A stretch of 64,000 nucleotides of DNA from Mytilus edulis (lineage: Eukaryota): positions 54,684,001 through 54,748,000 of the forward strand of contig NC_092353.1 of NCBI RefSeq assembly GCF_963676685.1, written 5' to 3'. Shown here piece after piece: positions 13,938 through 27,749 of this stretch. The notes below the pieces were generated by a model. That model had not been told where the DNA came from. It made no database searches and saw only the letters and a list, made by a program, of their open reading frames with translations. Position 1 is the stretch's first letter, and each line of letters begins with the position of its first letter. Made by a program: the position numbers and the translations under genes.

Positions 13938-15208
13938 TTTTAGCTCACCTTTTCTAAAAGGAAATGTGAGCTTTTGCCATCACTTGGCGTCCGTCGTCGT
14001 CGTCCGTCCGTCGTCGTCGTCGTCGTAAACTATTTCAAAGATCTTCTCCTCTGAAACTACTGATCCAATTCAAACCAAACTTCATCTGATTGATTCCTAG
14101 GGTATCTAGAATAAAGTTAGTGTTTTAATTCCCATTTCATCAAAAAACATGGCCGCCATGGCTAAAAATAGAACATAGGGGTAAAATGCAGTTTTTGCCT
14201 TATTAACTCAAAAACCAAAGCTGCCGCATTTAGAGCAAATCTGACACGGAGTAAAATTATTTATCAGGTCAAGATCTATCTGCCCTGAAATTTTCAAATG
14301 AATCGGACAAACTATTGTTGGGTTGCTGCCCCTGAATTTGTAATTTTAAGGAAATTTTGCTGTTTTTGGTTATTATCTTGAATACTATTATAGATAGAGA
14401 TAAACTGTAAACAGCAATAATGTTCAGCAAAGCTAGATCTACAAATAAGTTAAGATAATCAACATGGTCAGTTGACCCCTTTAGGAGTTATTGCCCTTTG
14501 TAGCCAATTTTTAACCATTTTTCGTAAAACTTAGTAATCTTTTACAAAAATCTTCTCCTCTGAAACTACTGGGCCAAATTAATCCAAACTTGGCCACACT
14601 CATCATTAGGGTATTTAGTTTTAAAAATGTGTCCGGTGACCCGGCCAATCAACCAAGATGGCCGCCATGGCTAAAAATAGAACATAGGTGTAAAATGCAG
14701 TTTTTGGCTTAAAACTTAAAAACCAAAGCATTTAGTGCAAATCTGACATTGATTAAAATTGTTTATCAGGTAAAGATCTATTTGCCATGAAATTTTCAGA
14801 TGAATCGGACAACACGTTGTTGGGTTGCTGCCCCTGAATTGGTAATTTTAAGAAAATTTTGCCGTTTTTTGGTTATTATCTTGAATATTTATATAGATAG
14901 AGATAAACTGTAAACAGCAATAATGTTCAGCAAAATAAGATCTACAAATAAGACAACATGACCAAAATTGTCAATTGACCCCTTAAGGAGTTATTGGTAA
15001 ATTTAAAAAAAATATTTTCCACTGTAATTACTGGGCCAAGATCATTATAAATAGAGATAATTGTAGCAACAAGAATGTTCAGTACAGTAAGATCTACATA
15101 CACGTCACCATCACCAAAACACAATTTTGTCGTGAATTTATCTGTGTCCATTGTTTAATATGCACAAAGACCAAGGTGAGCGACACAGACTCTTGAGAGC
15201 CTCTAGTT
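13938..15208 (+). mobile_element. Helentron-associated HINE (pearl/DINE-1-like) with internal ~510-bp tandem units
   Basis: 5' TTTTAGCTCACCT..GTGAGC, (CGT)n/CCGT microsatellite at about 13990-14025, unit start ATCTTCTCCTCTGAAACTACTG at 14041 and 14550, 3' AGGTGAGC plus hairpin plus CTAGT into a T-run. Confidence 0.8.
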
Positions 15209-15774
15209 TTTGGGGGGAAGGGGTTTGGATTGCCTTTTAGTGATTTTGGGGTTTACAGTGTAGTACTGAAAAATTTTCTGGGCAAACTCAATTCACCAGC
15301 TGGTATAGTGAGTCAGTAGTGTTTAGTGTACTGCCCGTTTTCTTGTGTTTTTTGGGGTTTTTTTTGTCTGTCACACCTTGATCTATAAAATAGTAGCTCT
15401 TAGGTCCTTATGCTATTTTATTACTATTTGCGGACCATAGAGCTACAGATTTTTCCTATTGAAATTGACAAAAAAATTATTTAGTTATACGATACTCTAG
15501 ACTACTGTAATATAGTGAGGATTTTGACAAAACAGTAAACGACTGTTTGCTCTTGAAAAACATATAAGGAACTATAAGTCGGTCAATTAAGCATTTGTAA
15601 GTATCGACTATAGACTATAATAGTAAAAATGAATTTTATACGCATGGGTCCCAGATGAAGATCCAAATCTAAAATTTCAGCAATTAAGCACTTATTCCTT
15701 TCTCTAAAAAAAAAAAAAAGAAACCACACTGATCGCAATGTCGACAAGGGCGGTATTTTTATTTTCACCGCAAA

Positions 15775-16355
15775 AAGGAGTAGGTCCGGTAAGGGCCGAT
15801 TTTGGCCTCAAATTTCAGGTTCATCTAACGAAAGTTTTTGACACTTTTTAAACACTTAAGTGTCTTTTTCAATTGATTCGATCAGTTAATGTGAAAGATT
15901 TTAACTGATTTAGTCATTAAAAACGCACTGGTTCAAGCTTAAATATGAAAAATTCATCAAATATGCCAAAAAACGTCACTTTTCAGATGGTTTTTGTCAA
16001 AAATGAAAGTGGCCGCATCCGTGTTCATCCTCAACCTTTATATATGTTTTGTATTATCATCAAATACAACTTACATTTCAATATTATGAATGAACACGAA
16101 TGCGGCCACCTTCTTTTTAGACGGAAACCGTCTAAAAATTAACCAAAATGCTAAAATTTGAAGATTTCAGTAATTTAGCATGACTTAATGATGCTAGAAC
16201 GCGATATTTGTGCATTGTATGTGGCAAAAACAGCTCATATTTATGTAGCAGAAGCATTTTACTTTCCAAAATATAGCTTAAAGATAACATTTTCACAATT
16301 TTCTAAAACTGCTATATTTTGGGGCCAAAAAGGGGTCTTACTGAACCTACTCCTT
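15775..16355. mobile_element. MITE
   Basis: TIR AAGGAGTAGGTCCGGTAAG..TTTTGGCC / GGCCAAAA..CTTACTGAACCTACTCCTT; internal inverted GTGGCCGCAT / ATGCGGCCAC. Confidence 0.8.
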
Positions 16356-19300
16356 TATCAGGTAGTGTAAATTTTTCATTCGTTCTGCGTCTTGAAAATT
16401 TTTCAAAACCTATCAGCCAGGCAGGAAAATACGCACACAAAAAATAATTCGATATTAAAATCTTTATTTTTTTCGATGATTTCATTCCAGGTATAGATCT
16501 ATTATCATGCTTTTAGTTTTTTTTTAAATTAGGATAAAGGACATATGTTCCTTTAAAGATTTTATTTTGTTTAAAACATTTTTCAAATATATATGTTCAG
16601 GTTTAATTTGTTTTGGGGTTTGTTTTTTTTTTTTTTTTTGGTGGGAAGGGAGGGGGTGAACTCACACGTTAAAAAACTAATAAATACATACCCTTTCGAA
16701 TCACATAAACAGATATAACATTTGTGAAAAGTACTTTAGGTAAACCAACTTTATGCTGAAACACATAATGAGTAATTTACCGTTTCATAATCTAATGCAT
16801 TCTAGGAAATATTATCAAAATCTACGAAAGACAATTTCTTTTTAATACGAAAACTTAGGGTGGTCCTTTATTTGCACAAAGACTACACTTTTCTATCAGA
16901 TAACTAGTCCAATTCGCTGCTTCAGAATCTAATGCGCATCCTGGGTAATATTTTCAAAAGTGCACACCCAAACGTCGTAATTGGTTAAAAATGCCATAAA
17001 CAATGGAAATTCAACCAATGACGTAACGTTATTTTCATTTTTTTTTTTTGGGGGGGGGGGGGGAGCGAACAATGAAATTACCCATGATTCTTTTAAAGAT
17101 TCTGTAAAGGCGAATTCCCCAACGACACTCTGAGAATCAAATAAGCATTCTGGTCAAATGGTATAGATTTTAATTCGATTAGTCTATTAAATTCTAAAAT
17201 AGCTTCATGTAATTCGGCATTTATCTCTTTCTTCTTTATTATGTTTATTCTTCGTTAATTTAGTTGTATCTTTGGTATTTTAGTCTAACAAATTATAGCA
17301 GATTTGATGTGGGTTGTTTTAAGACATACTAGTATAGCTAATGCATTGTAGATCATTGTACATAATAATAACGTCAATAAAATCCTGACAATTATAAGTT
17401 GCAGGCTTAAGTGTACTAAAAATAAAGTTTCCATTTCAGTTTATACTTCTAACATGAATTGGATCACAATTTAGATTGAAAAAATTGAATGGGTAGTTAA
17501 ATCGGTTTTAATCTAGATTAAGAAGAACGAATGCACTTCTTAGGAAACGCCCGAACCGTTTTGGTTCCGATCAGATTAGGTACAAAAAATAAATCAGTGA
17601 ATGATTGTCATCAAATATTTTTTTTAAACTGTTTTATCAATGTCAGTGATTGGAAATAGTACTGTGAAGTCCAATTTTCAAGACATGTTTTAGACAGAAT
17701 GAAGAGGGGGAAAAGGGTAAAAAAAAAGGGTCAAACTATCTTGCTTGATTTGAAGTGCATCATTGATTCTTTTAGTGAGGTTGTTCAGTCATTAGCGTAC
17801 TGTCGTCTTATTGTCGTTTTCCGTTTCTTGTCATGGTGTTGTCAGTTTCTCTTCGACTTGTCAGTTATAGAATGTCCCTTTCTTAAATTGTAAAACTATT
17901 TGAACTAGCTCTCGCAACGATGTTACAGTAGCCTTTTTTGCACTAAGGCGGCGTACTTTTATTTTCTATGTTCGTTGGACCGTGAGTTATTGGCATTAAA
18001 GGGCTTGAAGGATCATACCATAGGGAACATGCGTATTAGGTTTCAAGTTGGTTGGACTTCAACTTCATCAAAAACTACCTTAACCAAAACATTATAAACA
18101 TGAAGCGTCCGAAAACTTAAACCGTGTACTATAGACAGATTCTTGATTTAAAATGTTTTGAATACAGAAGTCATTATGACTTATGAAGCATTGGGTTTTA
18201 ACTGGTGACACAGACCATAAACGAACTGGTTAACATAAATTGGTTAATGTATCTTCTCTTAACCTTTCAAAATACTTTTGGGACTGGAGAATAAAATTGA
18301 GAATGGAAACGGGGAATGTGTAAAAGAGAAAACCCGATCGAAGAGTAGAAAACAGCTCAAGGCCATTGTTCGTTACATTTTAAAATAACGCTTTGTTGGA
18401 TAATCCATACAGAAAGTGCTAATCCGTTTCTGCTCGAACCTAACTACAATGTATCAAAATGTAATGGGGGCAATAAAGAACTCCATTTATGTTTGCATGT
18501 GTAAATAAACACAGTTTCTTTAACAACATAACATTAAACTTAATTATGTCTTTCAAAATTTGTTGTGATATATTTTGCCATTAGTCAATTACCGTTATTT
18601 TTATATTTTTTTAATATATTAAGCATAAATATGATACCGTGAAAATAAGAAATATGAAGCTGTTTAATTTCGGTTCTGCATCATAAATTACAAATTTACC
18701 ATTTAAATCATAAGAACTAGAAATAACGTCCGGAATGTGACCTTGGCAACTGCCGTCTGCTTGTCTTAGATACCTGTGGTCTGCTGCAGTAATTAAGAAG
18801 ATCAAACGACCTCGAATTGCAGGGGGGGGGGGCAAAAAAATCATCATAAATATGTTGTTTTAACTGACACATATTGATAAAGATGAAGTTATTAATTACT
18901 GTACGATATGCATGTAGATATATATATTGCACAAATTTAAGAATAGAATGGATGTACTTTAAAGTTAAATTAATTTATTGGTTATGCTTTTTATGCGTTA
19001 TCAGAGAGTAAAGATCATTATAAATTATGTATTTTTTCAGTTGCATAATTTTGACGTTTCATTCCGAATTTAACTTGTAGCGCTTTCATCTTCTTAGAAC
19101 ATCCGTCATAGAAAGATTGACTTCGTAAATCTTGTTATATATATGAGGATATTTGTCTTGCAATAATTACGATTTTTTAAAGTATTATACTAAACTAATG
19201 TATCACAATCAACAGTACTTTGAAGAAATGTTACACTGTACAGTAATACATTGTGAGAAAAAGCAATAATTGTGCATTTCGTAATACAGGTTTCGTTTCA

Positions 19301-19374
19301 CACGGAAAATTTCTCAAAATTTACGTCTAAAGAGAATCTGTTTCGTTCACTATTGTTAATTTTTTATGCTGATA

Positions 19375-19916
19375 ACCCCTTAAGGAAACAACTGACCATT
19401 TTGGTCATGTTGACTTATTTGTAGATCTTACTTTGCTGAACATTATTGCTGTTTACAGTTTATCTCTATCTACAATAATATTCAAGATAATAACCAAAAA
19501 CGGCAAAAATTCCTCAAAATTACCAATTCAGGGGCAGCAACCCAACAACCGGTTGTCCGATTCGTCTGAAAATTTTAGGTCAAATAGATCTTAACTTGAT
19601 AAACCCCTGTCCGATTTGATCTAAATGCTTTGGTTTCAGAGTTATAAGCCAAAATCTTCATTTTACCCCTATGGTCTATTTTTAACCATGGTGGCCATCT
19701 TGGTTGGTTGGCTGGGTCACCGCACACACTTTTTAAACTAGATACCCTAATGATGATTGTGGCCAAGTGTGGTTAAATTTGGCCCATTAGTTTCAGAGGA
19801 GAAGATTTTTGTAACAGTTAACGACGACGGGCGACACCGACGGACGACAACGACGGACGACGGACTCCAAGTGGTGAGAAAAGCTTACTTGGCCTTTTAG
19901 GCCATGTGAGCTAAAA
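19375..19916 (-). mobile_element. Truncated inverted copy of the 13938-15208 HINE
   Basis: Reverse-complement match including GTGAGCTAAAA, the GACG microsatellite and one internal unit. Confidence 0.8.
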
Positions 19917-20876
19917 GGGATGTAGACAACAACTACATTTCACAGCATGACCTTAAAAAAATAAGCAAAAACCCATACTGTACTACCTGCAGAACAATTC
20001 AAAAGAAAAAAATGAACGTCCTATCTTATTATATGGCTACTTAAAACTAATCAGCATACAGAGAACAAATATTGCAGACATCAAACAACCTATTGGTTTT
20101 TGAATAGGCAAATAAATGACATGATTGTGATCGCTCAACTCTCTCCCCAAATTGCAAATCGCAGACATAAAAAAAGAGTCTTTGAGAGGTCATCTCATTC
20201 AATTTTCAACATAAAAGCTCTTTTAACCAGGAAGTTATCGTATATTCCATGCACATCACTTTTAAGATTGTTTTTAAACTTGGTATTGCACCCAATTACC
20301 ACTTATTCTATCTTCAATCTGAAATATATATGTCTTGTAAATATTCTGACTTTTTGCAGCTGTATTACAAAACGCAATTATATTCTGTAAAATACATATT
20401 TTTGTATCAATTAATTTAGTCTATAAAGAATGTCGTTGACTAAAAGTCCGCAAAAGATAAAAGGTTTGGATATTTTGTTGATTAACCGAGAACCTACCGA
20501 ATTGTGTTTGGTGCATAAAAATTCGCAATGAAGTTACATGTATGCCTTAAGTAATAACAGAATTTATCATGCACACTTTATAGTTTGTCTTAGAATACTA
20601 TATGAACATTATATGATTAAAATATATTATGAAAATAAGTTTATGAAATTTTATATTATTCATATTTCATTATATACCCTTTTTTACCTGAGTTTACCTG
20701 TAAGATAAATGCGCGCAAATTTAATCAAAAGCTGTGCGCAAACGTAAAACATTTTAATCCCCAAAGGCGCGCGAACGTAGTGCGCCCATTGTGTCCAGGT
20801 TAGTACTTACATCAGCAACATAACTGGTATAATATGGTATTGCTTACTCTTCCTTATATCCTGAAACTACCCCTAT

Positions 20877-21034
20877 CAGAGGCGGATTTAGGGGGGGCAG
20901 GGGGCCCGGGCCCCCCGTTTGGGGAAAAAATTTAGTTGCTTATATAGGGAATCATTGAAGCGTGACTGGAGCGGGCCCCCTCTTAGGTCAGTCAGTGGGC
21001 CCCCCACTTATGAAAATTTCTGGATCCGCCACTG
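20877..21034. mobile_element. hAT-like MITE with 5-bp TSD
   Basis: CCTAT|CAGAGGCGGATT ... GGATCCGCCACTG|CCTAT. Confidence 0.75.
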
Positions 21035-21252
21035 CCTATTTTTCACAAGGGTCTTTAGTTTTCTATGTTTTGTTTTTTGTACCGAAGTTTTTGCAATTTT
21101 CGTGGGGTTTTTTTTTTCATTATTTGTAATATCATCGTCCGTTTGCTTTCGAGTTTCGAGTTTGGATATCGCTTTGATATCTTTGTCCCTCCTTTTCATA
21201 GGAACCTTTAGATTTTTAAAAACTGTTGGGTTTTTTAAGATCGATTAACCGT

Positions 21253-21544
21253 TGTTAAGACCAAAGTTGGTTGGTTAACTTATTTTTATTTGAAATCAAC
21301 ACTTTATTGTAAACAAGCATTTTTAGCATGTTTCGGTCCCCTAATCGAGAGAGTACTTATTTTTTGTGAATGGAATGTGATGAAGCTAATTTTGAAGTTA
21401 AACGTTTTTGAAGCTATATTAGAATACCATGGTCAACCAATACGTTAATCCTTTCATGTGTATTAAGAGAATTGAAATAATAAAGAACATGTGAACTGAT
21501 TCGTAACTAATCACTGATGGTATATTTGGGCCCACAACCCTACA
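21253..21544 (+). repeat. 5' LTR
   Basis: TGTTAAGACC...CCCTACA; TATATTAG at 21415; AATAAA at 21479. Confidence 0.97.
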
Positions 21545-21548
21545 TTAC

Positions 21549-21560
21549 ATTAACGTATTG
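21549..21560 (+). promoter_or_regulatory. Non-canonical primer-binding site, complementary to LTR 21438-21449
   Basis: ATTAACGTATTG is the exact reverse complement of CAATACGTTAAT; no TGG tRNA-PBS after the LTR. Confidence 0.55.
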
Positions 21561-21570
21561 ACTCTAAGTT

Positions 21571-24500
21571 ATGGATATAGAAGCTAGTGAACTTGGTGAA
21601 GAACAGACAGACACGGAGGAAGATTTAGACTCAGCGTCTGCAGAAATGGAAAATACTGCAAGAAAAAGAACCTTTACAGAAAAGGGTAAATTATATGAAA
21701 AGAAAACAATCGATGACATGTTTGAGGTTATAAAGAGACTATGTGAAAACATTTTGTCATTCGTAGAAAAAAATGCTCCATTTGAAGTCATAAGAAGTAA
21801 ATTTTCACTATGGATGGATAAATATGAACATTATTTGGAGCAACATCAGAACTTTATGGCAAGAATAAGGGAACAAGAGAAGGAAGAGTACATTTATATA
21901 TATGAAGACAGAGAAGCATTTTTATGTGATTTCAAAAGAACAATTGAAAAGTACTTTTCTGATTCTCAGAGCCAGACAAGTTCTAGTCATAGAGGTGACC
22001 GTTATACTAGCCGTCAAGGTCCTGCGTCGCATCATAGTGACCAAAGAAGCACACATAGCAGTCGTTCCTCTATATTAAGTAACATATCATCAAAGAAGCT
22101 AGCCGAAGAACAACAAAGAGTCGAATTAGAATTAAAGAAGGAAGCTTTGAAAAAGAAGAGATTGTTAGAATTGGCAAAAATCAATATTCAGATGGATGAA
22201 GAAGAATTAGATTTATCAACAGGAATTGCTGTATCAGATGCTAAGACAAATATATTAAACAAGTATGAACTGTTAGAAAACGTAAAATCAGATACGCAAA
22301 GCATACGTAGTAAGATATCGTTTAAAGAACAAAAACCAGATAAATTTGCTAAAGTTAAGTTAAATCCGCATGCACCACATTTTGAACCGAAAGTTGAGAA
22401 AGTGGAAAGGTCAACAAATAAAGGCACAACAAATATCGGTACAGCCACTTTAAGTTCTACTTATTACAAAAGTCCAATAACCGAAAAGAAAGAATATATC
22501 ACAACTACAACTAATAGACAAGATTCTGGACCTACAGATCAGAACAATAATTCAGAAGCCATTACTGCAATTGTAAAAAATCTGAGAAAACCTATGCCAG
22601 AAATTAAAAGGTTCTCAGGTGACCCATTGGAATTTAGAAAGTTTGTGAGACAATTCACAGTTAAAATAGTACAAAACAGTGATACAGAAGATGAAAAGAT
22701 GAACTATCTAGAACAATTTACTTTTGGAGAAGCACACAAAGTAGTGTCCGGCTTCAGTCATTTAAGCGGTGAATATGCTTATCAAGCCGCAATGGAACAG
22801 CTTGAAGAAAGATATGGCAGCAGTGAGGTTATAGCTAATGCCTTCACTAAGAAAGCCCTTGAATGGCCAACACTGAAAGCAGGTGATTCGAAAGGTTTGG
22901 ATGAGTTTTCACTTTTTCTAATAGAGTGTGAAAATGCAGCACATAGTATTAACGCTTTACGTATCCTAGAGTACTCAGAAAATATAAAGCGACTCATGTG
23001 TAAATTGCCGTTTCATCTTCATGATAGGTGGAGAAGTGTTGTTCTTAGAATAAAAACAAACAAAGAGACAGTTCAATTTGGTAATTTTGTTAAATTTGTG
23101 AAGGACGAAGCTAAGAAGGTAAACGACTTAACATATGGTAGTACAGCAGTAGGGACAAAAGGAAAAACTGAACCTGCGAAGAATGAAAACTCGAGACGCA
23201 ACTTTCGAACCGGAAACAATGCATTTGCAACCGATTTAAATCGAGAAGTAAAAAAACCACAGTACACTAGTGAATGTTCATACTGCAAATCTAAGTCACA
23301 TAAGTTGGAACAGTGTAACGTATTTAAAAAGTTACCTACACCTGACAAATACAATCATATGAAAAGTCAAGCACTATGTTTCGGATGTTTGAAAAAAGGA
23401 CACATGACAAGAGATTGTAAGTACAGATTAACATGCTCTATCTGTCGTAAAAGACACCCGTCAATATTACATGATGAATCGAAAAGTAGCAATAAAGAGA
23501 ACACCGAGAAACATTCTGTCGATGAAGAAAACCCAAGTGCTTGTCATATACCAGAAATTGAAATAGTTAATCAATTAGGGGCCGGTAACAAGTCACACTC
23601 TTCATGCGCAATGGCCATAATTCCGGTTAAAGTTAAACTAAAAAACAGATCATATGCTATTGAAACATATGCATTTTTCGACACCGGAAGTAGTATTTCT
23701 TTTTGCACTGAAGAGATTATGCATCAGTTAGGCGGAAATGGAAAAAAGATGGAAATTTCATTGAACACTATGGGCACCCCGCATAGAATGTCTACCTATG
23801 CATTAAATGGACTACAAGTATGTGATATAGACACTAACTCTGTTATAGACTTACCTACTGTGTATACTAAGGATAAAATGCCGGTTGCCAAAACACACAT
23901 TCCTACAAATGAAGAAATTGTAAAGTGGCCTCATCTGAACAACATAGTACTTCCTGATATAGATGGTACTATCGGCCTGATGATCGGTAATAATGTACCC
24001 GATGCATATACTCCATATGACATTGCTACTGGTCCAGCAGGTTCTCCTCATGCTACAAGGAGTAGATTAGGTTGGATAGTATGGAACTTGATTCGTAAGG
24101 ACTCAATTACAGAAACGAATGCTGTGGTGAATCGGGCACAGCTCACAGCAATCCACGAAAATAATAAATTGGATAGTCTTGTGAGAAAATCAATAAATTT
24201 GGACTTCCCAGAACTGCTTATTGACGATAAAAAAGAGAACTCCATTGAAGACAACTACTTTTTGAAACAAGTGAATGAGTCTATTGAATTTGAGGATGGA
24301 CACTACCAAGTTGCCTTACCTTTTCGAAACAAAGAGGTGAAATTTCCAAATAATGTGTCTCAAGGATTAAATCGTCTTAAAGGACTAAGAAACAAGATGA
24401 CAAAGAATCAGAAGTTTAAGGACGACTACGTTTTCTTTATGAACAATCTTTTCTTGAAAGGGTTTGCTGAAAAGGTACCAATAACTGAGTTAAACCAAGA

Positions 24501-27500
24501 TGATGGAAGAGTATGGTACCTTCCTCACCACGGAATTTATCACAATAAAAACCGAACAAGATTAGAGTAGTATTTGATTGTTCTGCATCGTACATGGGAG
24601 TCTCGTTGAATGCATTGTTATTGCAAGGACCAGACCTTGCTAATAATTTGATAGGAGTACTTTTACGATTCCGTACGGAAAAAGTTGCGTTACAAGGTGA
24701 CATAGAAAGTATGTTCTACCAAGTAAAAGTTCCACTCAAAGATAGAAACTTATTGCGATTTTTATGGTGGCCAAATGGAGACATGAACAGCGAACCAGAA
24801 GTATACAGGATGACCGTTCATATTTTTGGAGCTACATCTTCTCCAAGTGTTTGTAATTTTGCGTTGAGACAAACTGCACAGAACTATGGAAACCAATTCG
24901 AGCCACAAGTTGCAGAAACAATTTTGAACAATATATATGTAGACGATTGTTTAGTATCGACCGAATCAGACGAAAAGGCAATATCGTTAGTAGATGGTGT
25001 TAGATCTCTTTGCACAAAAGGAGGCTTTAATATGACAAAGTGGACAAGCACGAGTTCAACTGTAGTAAAATCAATACCAGACAAGAGTCGCACAAAAAAC
25101 ACTAATCAGCTTGATTTTGAGAACGAATCGTCCATTGAACGAGCGCTAGGAGTATCTTGGTACATCGATAGAGACGTATTTGGATTTCAAATAAATACCA
25201 ATGATCATCCTCATACTAAGCGAGGAATATTATCAGTTGTAAGTTCTGTGTACGATCCGTTAGGAATCGCATCTCCTTTTGTACTCATAGGAAGGTCAAT
25301 TCTTCAAAATTTATGCAAACAACAAGTTGATTGGGATGAAGAAATTAATGAGACAGATGAGAAAAAATGAATCAGTTGGTTGAATCAGTTGAACGAGTTG
25401 CATAATGTTAAGATTGACAGATGTTACAAGCCGCCAAATTTTGAAAATGTAATGTCAACACAGATTCATTGTTTCTCGGATGCCAGTGATATCGGTTATG
25501 GCATGGTTTTCTATCTTCGTTTAATTGATAAAACTGGTAGGATTCATTGCTCATTTGTTCTTGGGAAATCACGAGTTGCGCCTCTGAAAACAATTACCGT
25601 GCCTAGAATGGAATTAACTGCTGCAGCAAGAGCAGTTCGATTGAGCAAAGTTATTTTGCAAGAGTTGAATTACAACATCGATAAAGTGTTCTTTTGGACA
25701 GATAGTATGACAGTGCTGCGATACATTTTCAACAGAAATTCAAGATATCATACGTTTGTTGCAAATCGTCTTGCTTTAATACATGAAGCTACCGACAATT
25801 CACAGTGGAATTATGTAAATACGAAGCAAAATCCAGCTGACTTTGCTTCGCGTGGAATGACTATTTCGAAATTTGAACAAAATCCTCAATGGATCAGGGG
25901 ACCAGATTATTTGTGGTTACCAGAATGTGAATGGCCACAAGTATGTGTGGACTTGAAATTTCCAGATAATGACTCAGAAGTCAAACGAAAATCAGTGGTT
26001 AATGCATCAATTGTGGACGATGATTATGATGAATTTAACAATTTTGAAACCTTGATTTCTCGATGTTCTGACTTTGACAAGTTGAAAAGAATTGTAGCTT
26101 GGTTGTTGAAGGCCGTAAACAACTTTAAGCAAACCTACCGAAGAAAAAACGACTTAGCAAATGAGAATGAAGATAAGTTACCTACACAAGCAAAATCCAA
26201 GCGACTAAATGAATCGAAGGAACTAGTCAAAACTCTGAATCTAAAAGTACAGGATGTACACAACGCAGAAATGACTATTATTCGTTTTGTTCAAAACCAA
26301 CATTTTGATGATGAAGTACAGCGATTAAAAGATAAGTTGAATGTTAAGCGAACATCAAGACTGTTTAAACTTGACTCATATATTGATGAAAAAGGAATAT
26401 TACGAGTTGGTGGGAGATTAGCAAGATCAAATCTAACCGAAACATCGAAGCATCCAATCATACTGCCAAAACAATCTACATTATCATATTCAATTATACA
26501 AGGAATTCATAGATCGATCGGACATTTAGGGAAAAATGCTATTTTGACCGAACTCAGACAAAAGTATTGGATCATAGGTGCTAACGGTATAATCAAGAAT
26601 ATTGTCTCTAAATGTGTCATATGTAGAAAATATCAAGCACCCATCATGCAACAGAAAATGGCGAATTTGCCCAGCGAAAGGGTGACTCAAGATACTGCAC
26701 CGTTTACAATCGTTGGTATGGATTACTTTGGACCTTTTGCAATTAAACAGAGAAGGTGTACTGTTAAACGTTACGGTGTGATATTTACATGTCTCAAAAT
26801 AAGAGCAGTACATTTGGAAGTAGCCGATTCCCTAGACACCAGTTCTTGCATTAATGCAATTCGGCGATTCATTGCACGCAGAGGAGTACCCAAAATTATT
26901 CGATCGGACAATGGAACTAATCTCGTAGGTGCGCAAAGAGAACTTAAAGATGAAATCGTTAAATGGAATCTGAATCAGATTGACAATTTTATGCTTCAAA
27001 AGGGCATCGACTGGAAATTTAATCCTCCAGCAGCATCTAATTTTGGTGGAGTATGGGAAAGACTCATTCGATCTGTAAGAAAGGTTTTGTATTCTATTTT
27101 GCAGGAGCAAAAGTTGCGTTTGGATGATGAAAACTTGCAAACATTATTTTGTGAAGTTGAAGCTATACTAAATGGTCGTCCTATCACAGAAGTACCTAAC
27201 AGTGTGAATGACTTGAATGTGTTAACGCCAAATGATCTTCTGCTTCTTCGTTCAGGAGAAAGCGCCCCCCCCCAGGGACATTTGTTAAATCCGACAATTG
27301 TGTTCGTAGAAGGTGGCGACAAGTACAATATTTGTCAGACTTGTTCTGGAATCGATGGACAAAAGAATATCTTCCTTTATTAAATCAGAGAGCTAAATGG
27401 AACAAGAAGGAAAGAAATCTTAAAATCAATGATCTTGTTCTTATTGTTGAAAACACTCCGAGAAATTCATGGACAATGGGACGCGTCTTGGAAGTCATTA

Positions 27501-27616
27501 CGGACAAATTTGGAACAGTGCGTGTAGCGAAGGTCAAAACTGCTTCTACTGTATTGACCAGATCAATTGGAAAACTGTGTTTGGTTCTGGAAGCTGATAT
27601 GGACAATGTTAAATGA
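21571..27616 (+). CDS. BEL/Pao gag-pol polyprotein, interrupted by two homopolymer frameshifts and one in-frame stop
   Basis: Gag FSGDP..KMNYL; three Cys/His knuckles (CSYC..H..C, CFGC..H..C, CSIC..H..LH); protease FDTGS; [23 protein letters not shown]; RNase H FSDAS/WTDS/NPAD; integrase H-H-C-C, MDYFGP, SDNGTN, GVWER. Breaks at A5 (24547-24551), TGA (25368-25370) and C9 (27265-27273). Confidence 0.95.
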
Positions 27617-27737
27617 TTGTTTTTTAATTTTGATAAGACAGTATTGTTATTAGTTAGATATATTTTGACATTTTGAAACCACTTAGGTCTACTGTGGTTA
27701 GTTTATAAGATAATTGTGTTCTTGCATGACCACAATT

Positions 27738-27749
27738 AAGGGGCCGGTA
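27738..27749 (+). promoter_or_regulatory. Polypurine tract
   Basis: AAGGGGCCGGTA directly before the 3' LTR, a typical BEL-type PPT. Confidence 0.8.

Noticed and set aside
24541-24560. Programmed ribosomal frameshift between the BEL ORFs
   Set aside because: The break falls inside the RT region ([13 protein letters not shown]), and BEL/Pao elements typically have a single ORF; a homopolymer indel is more likely
22188-27606. Antisense ORFs within the retrotransposon
   Set aside because: Shadows of the long sense frame with no motifs
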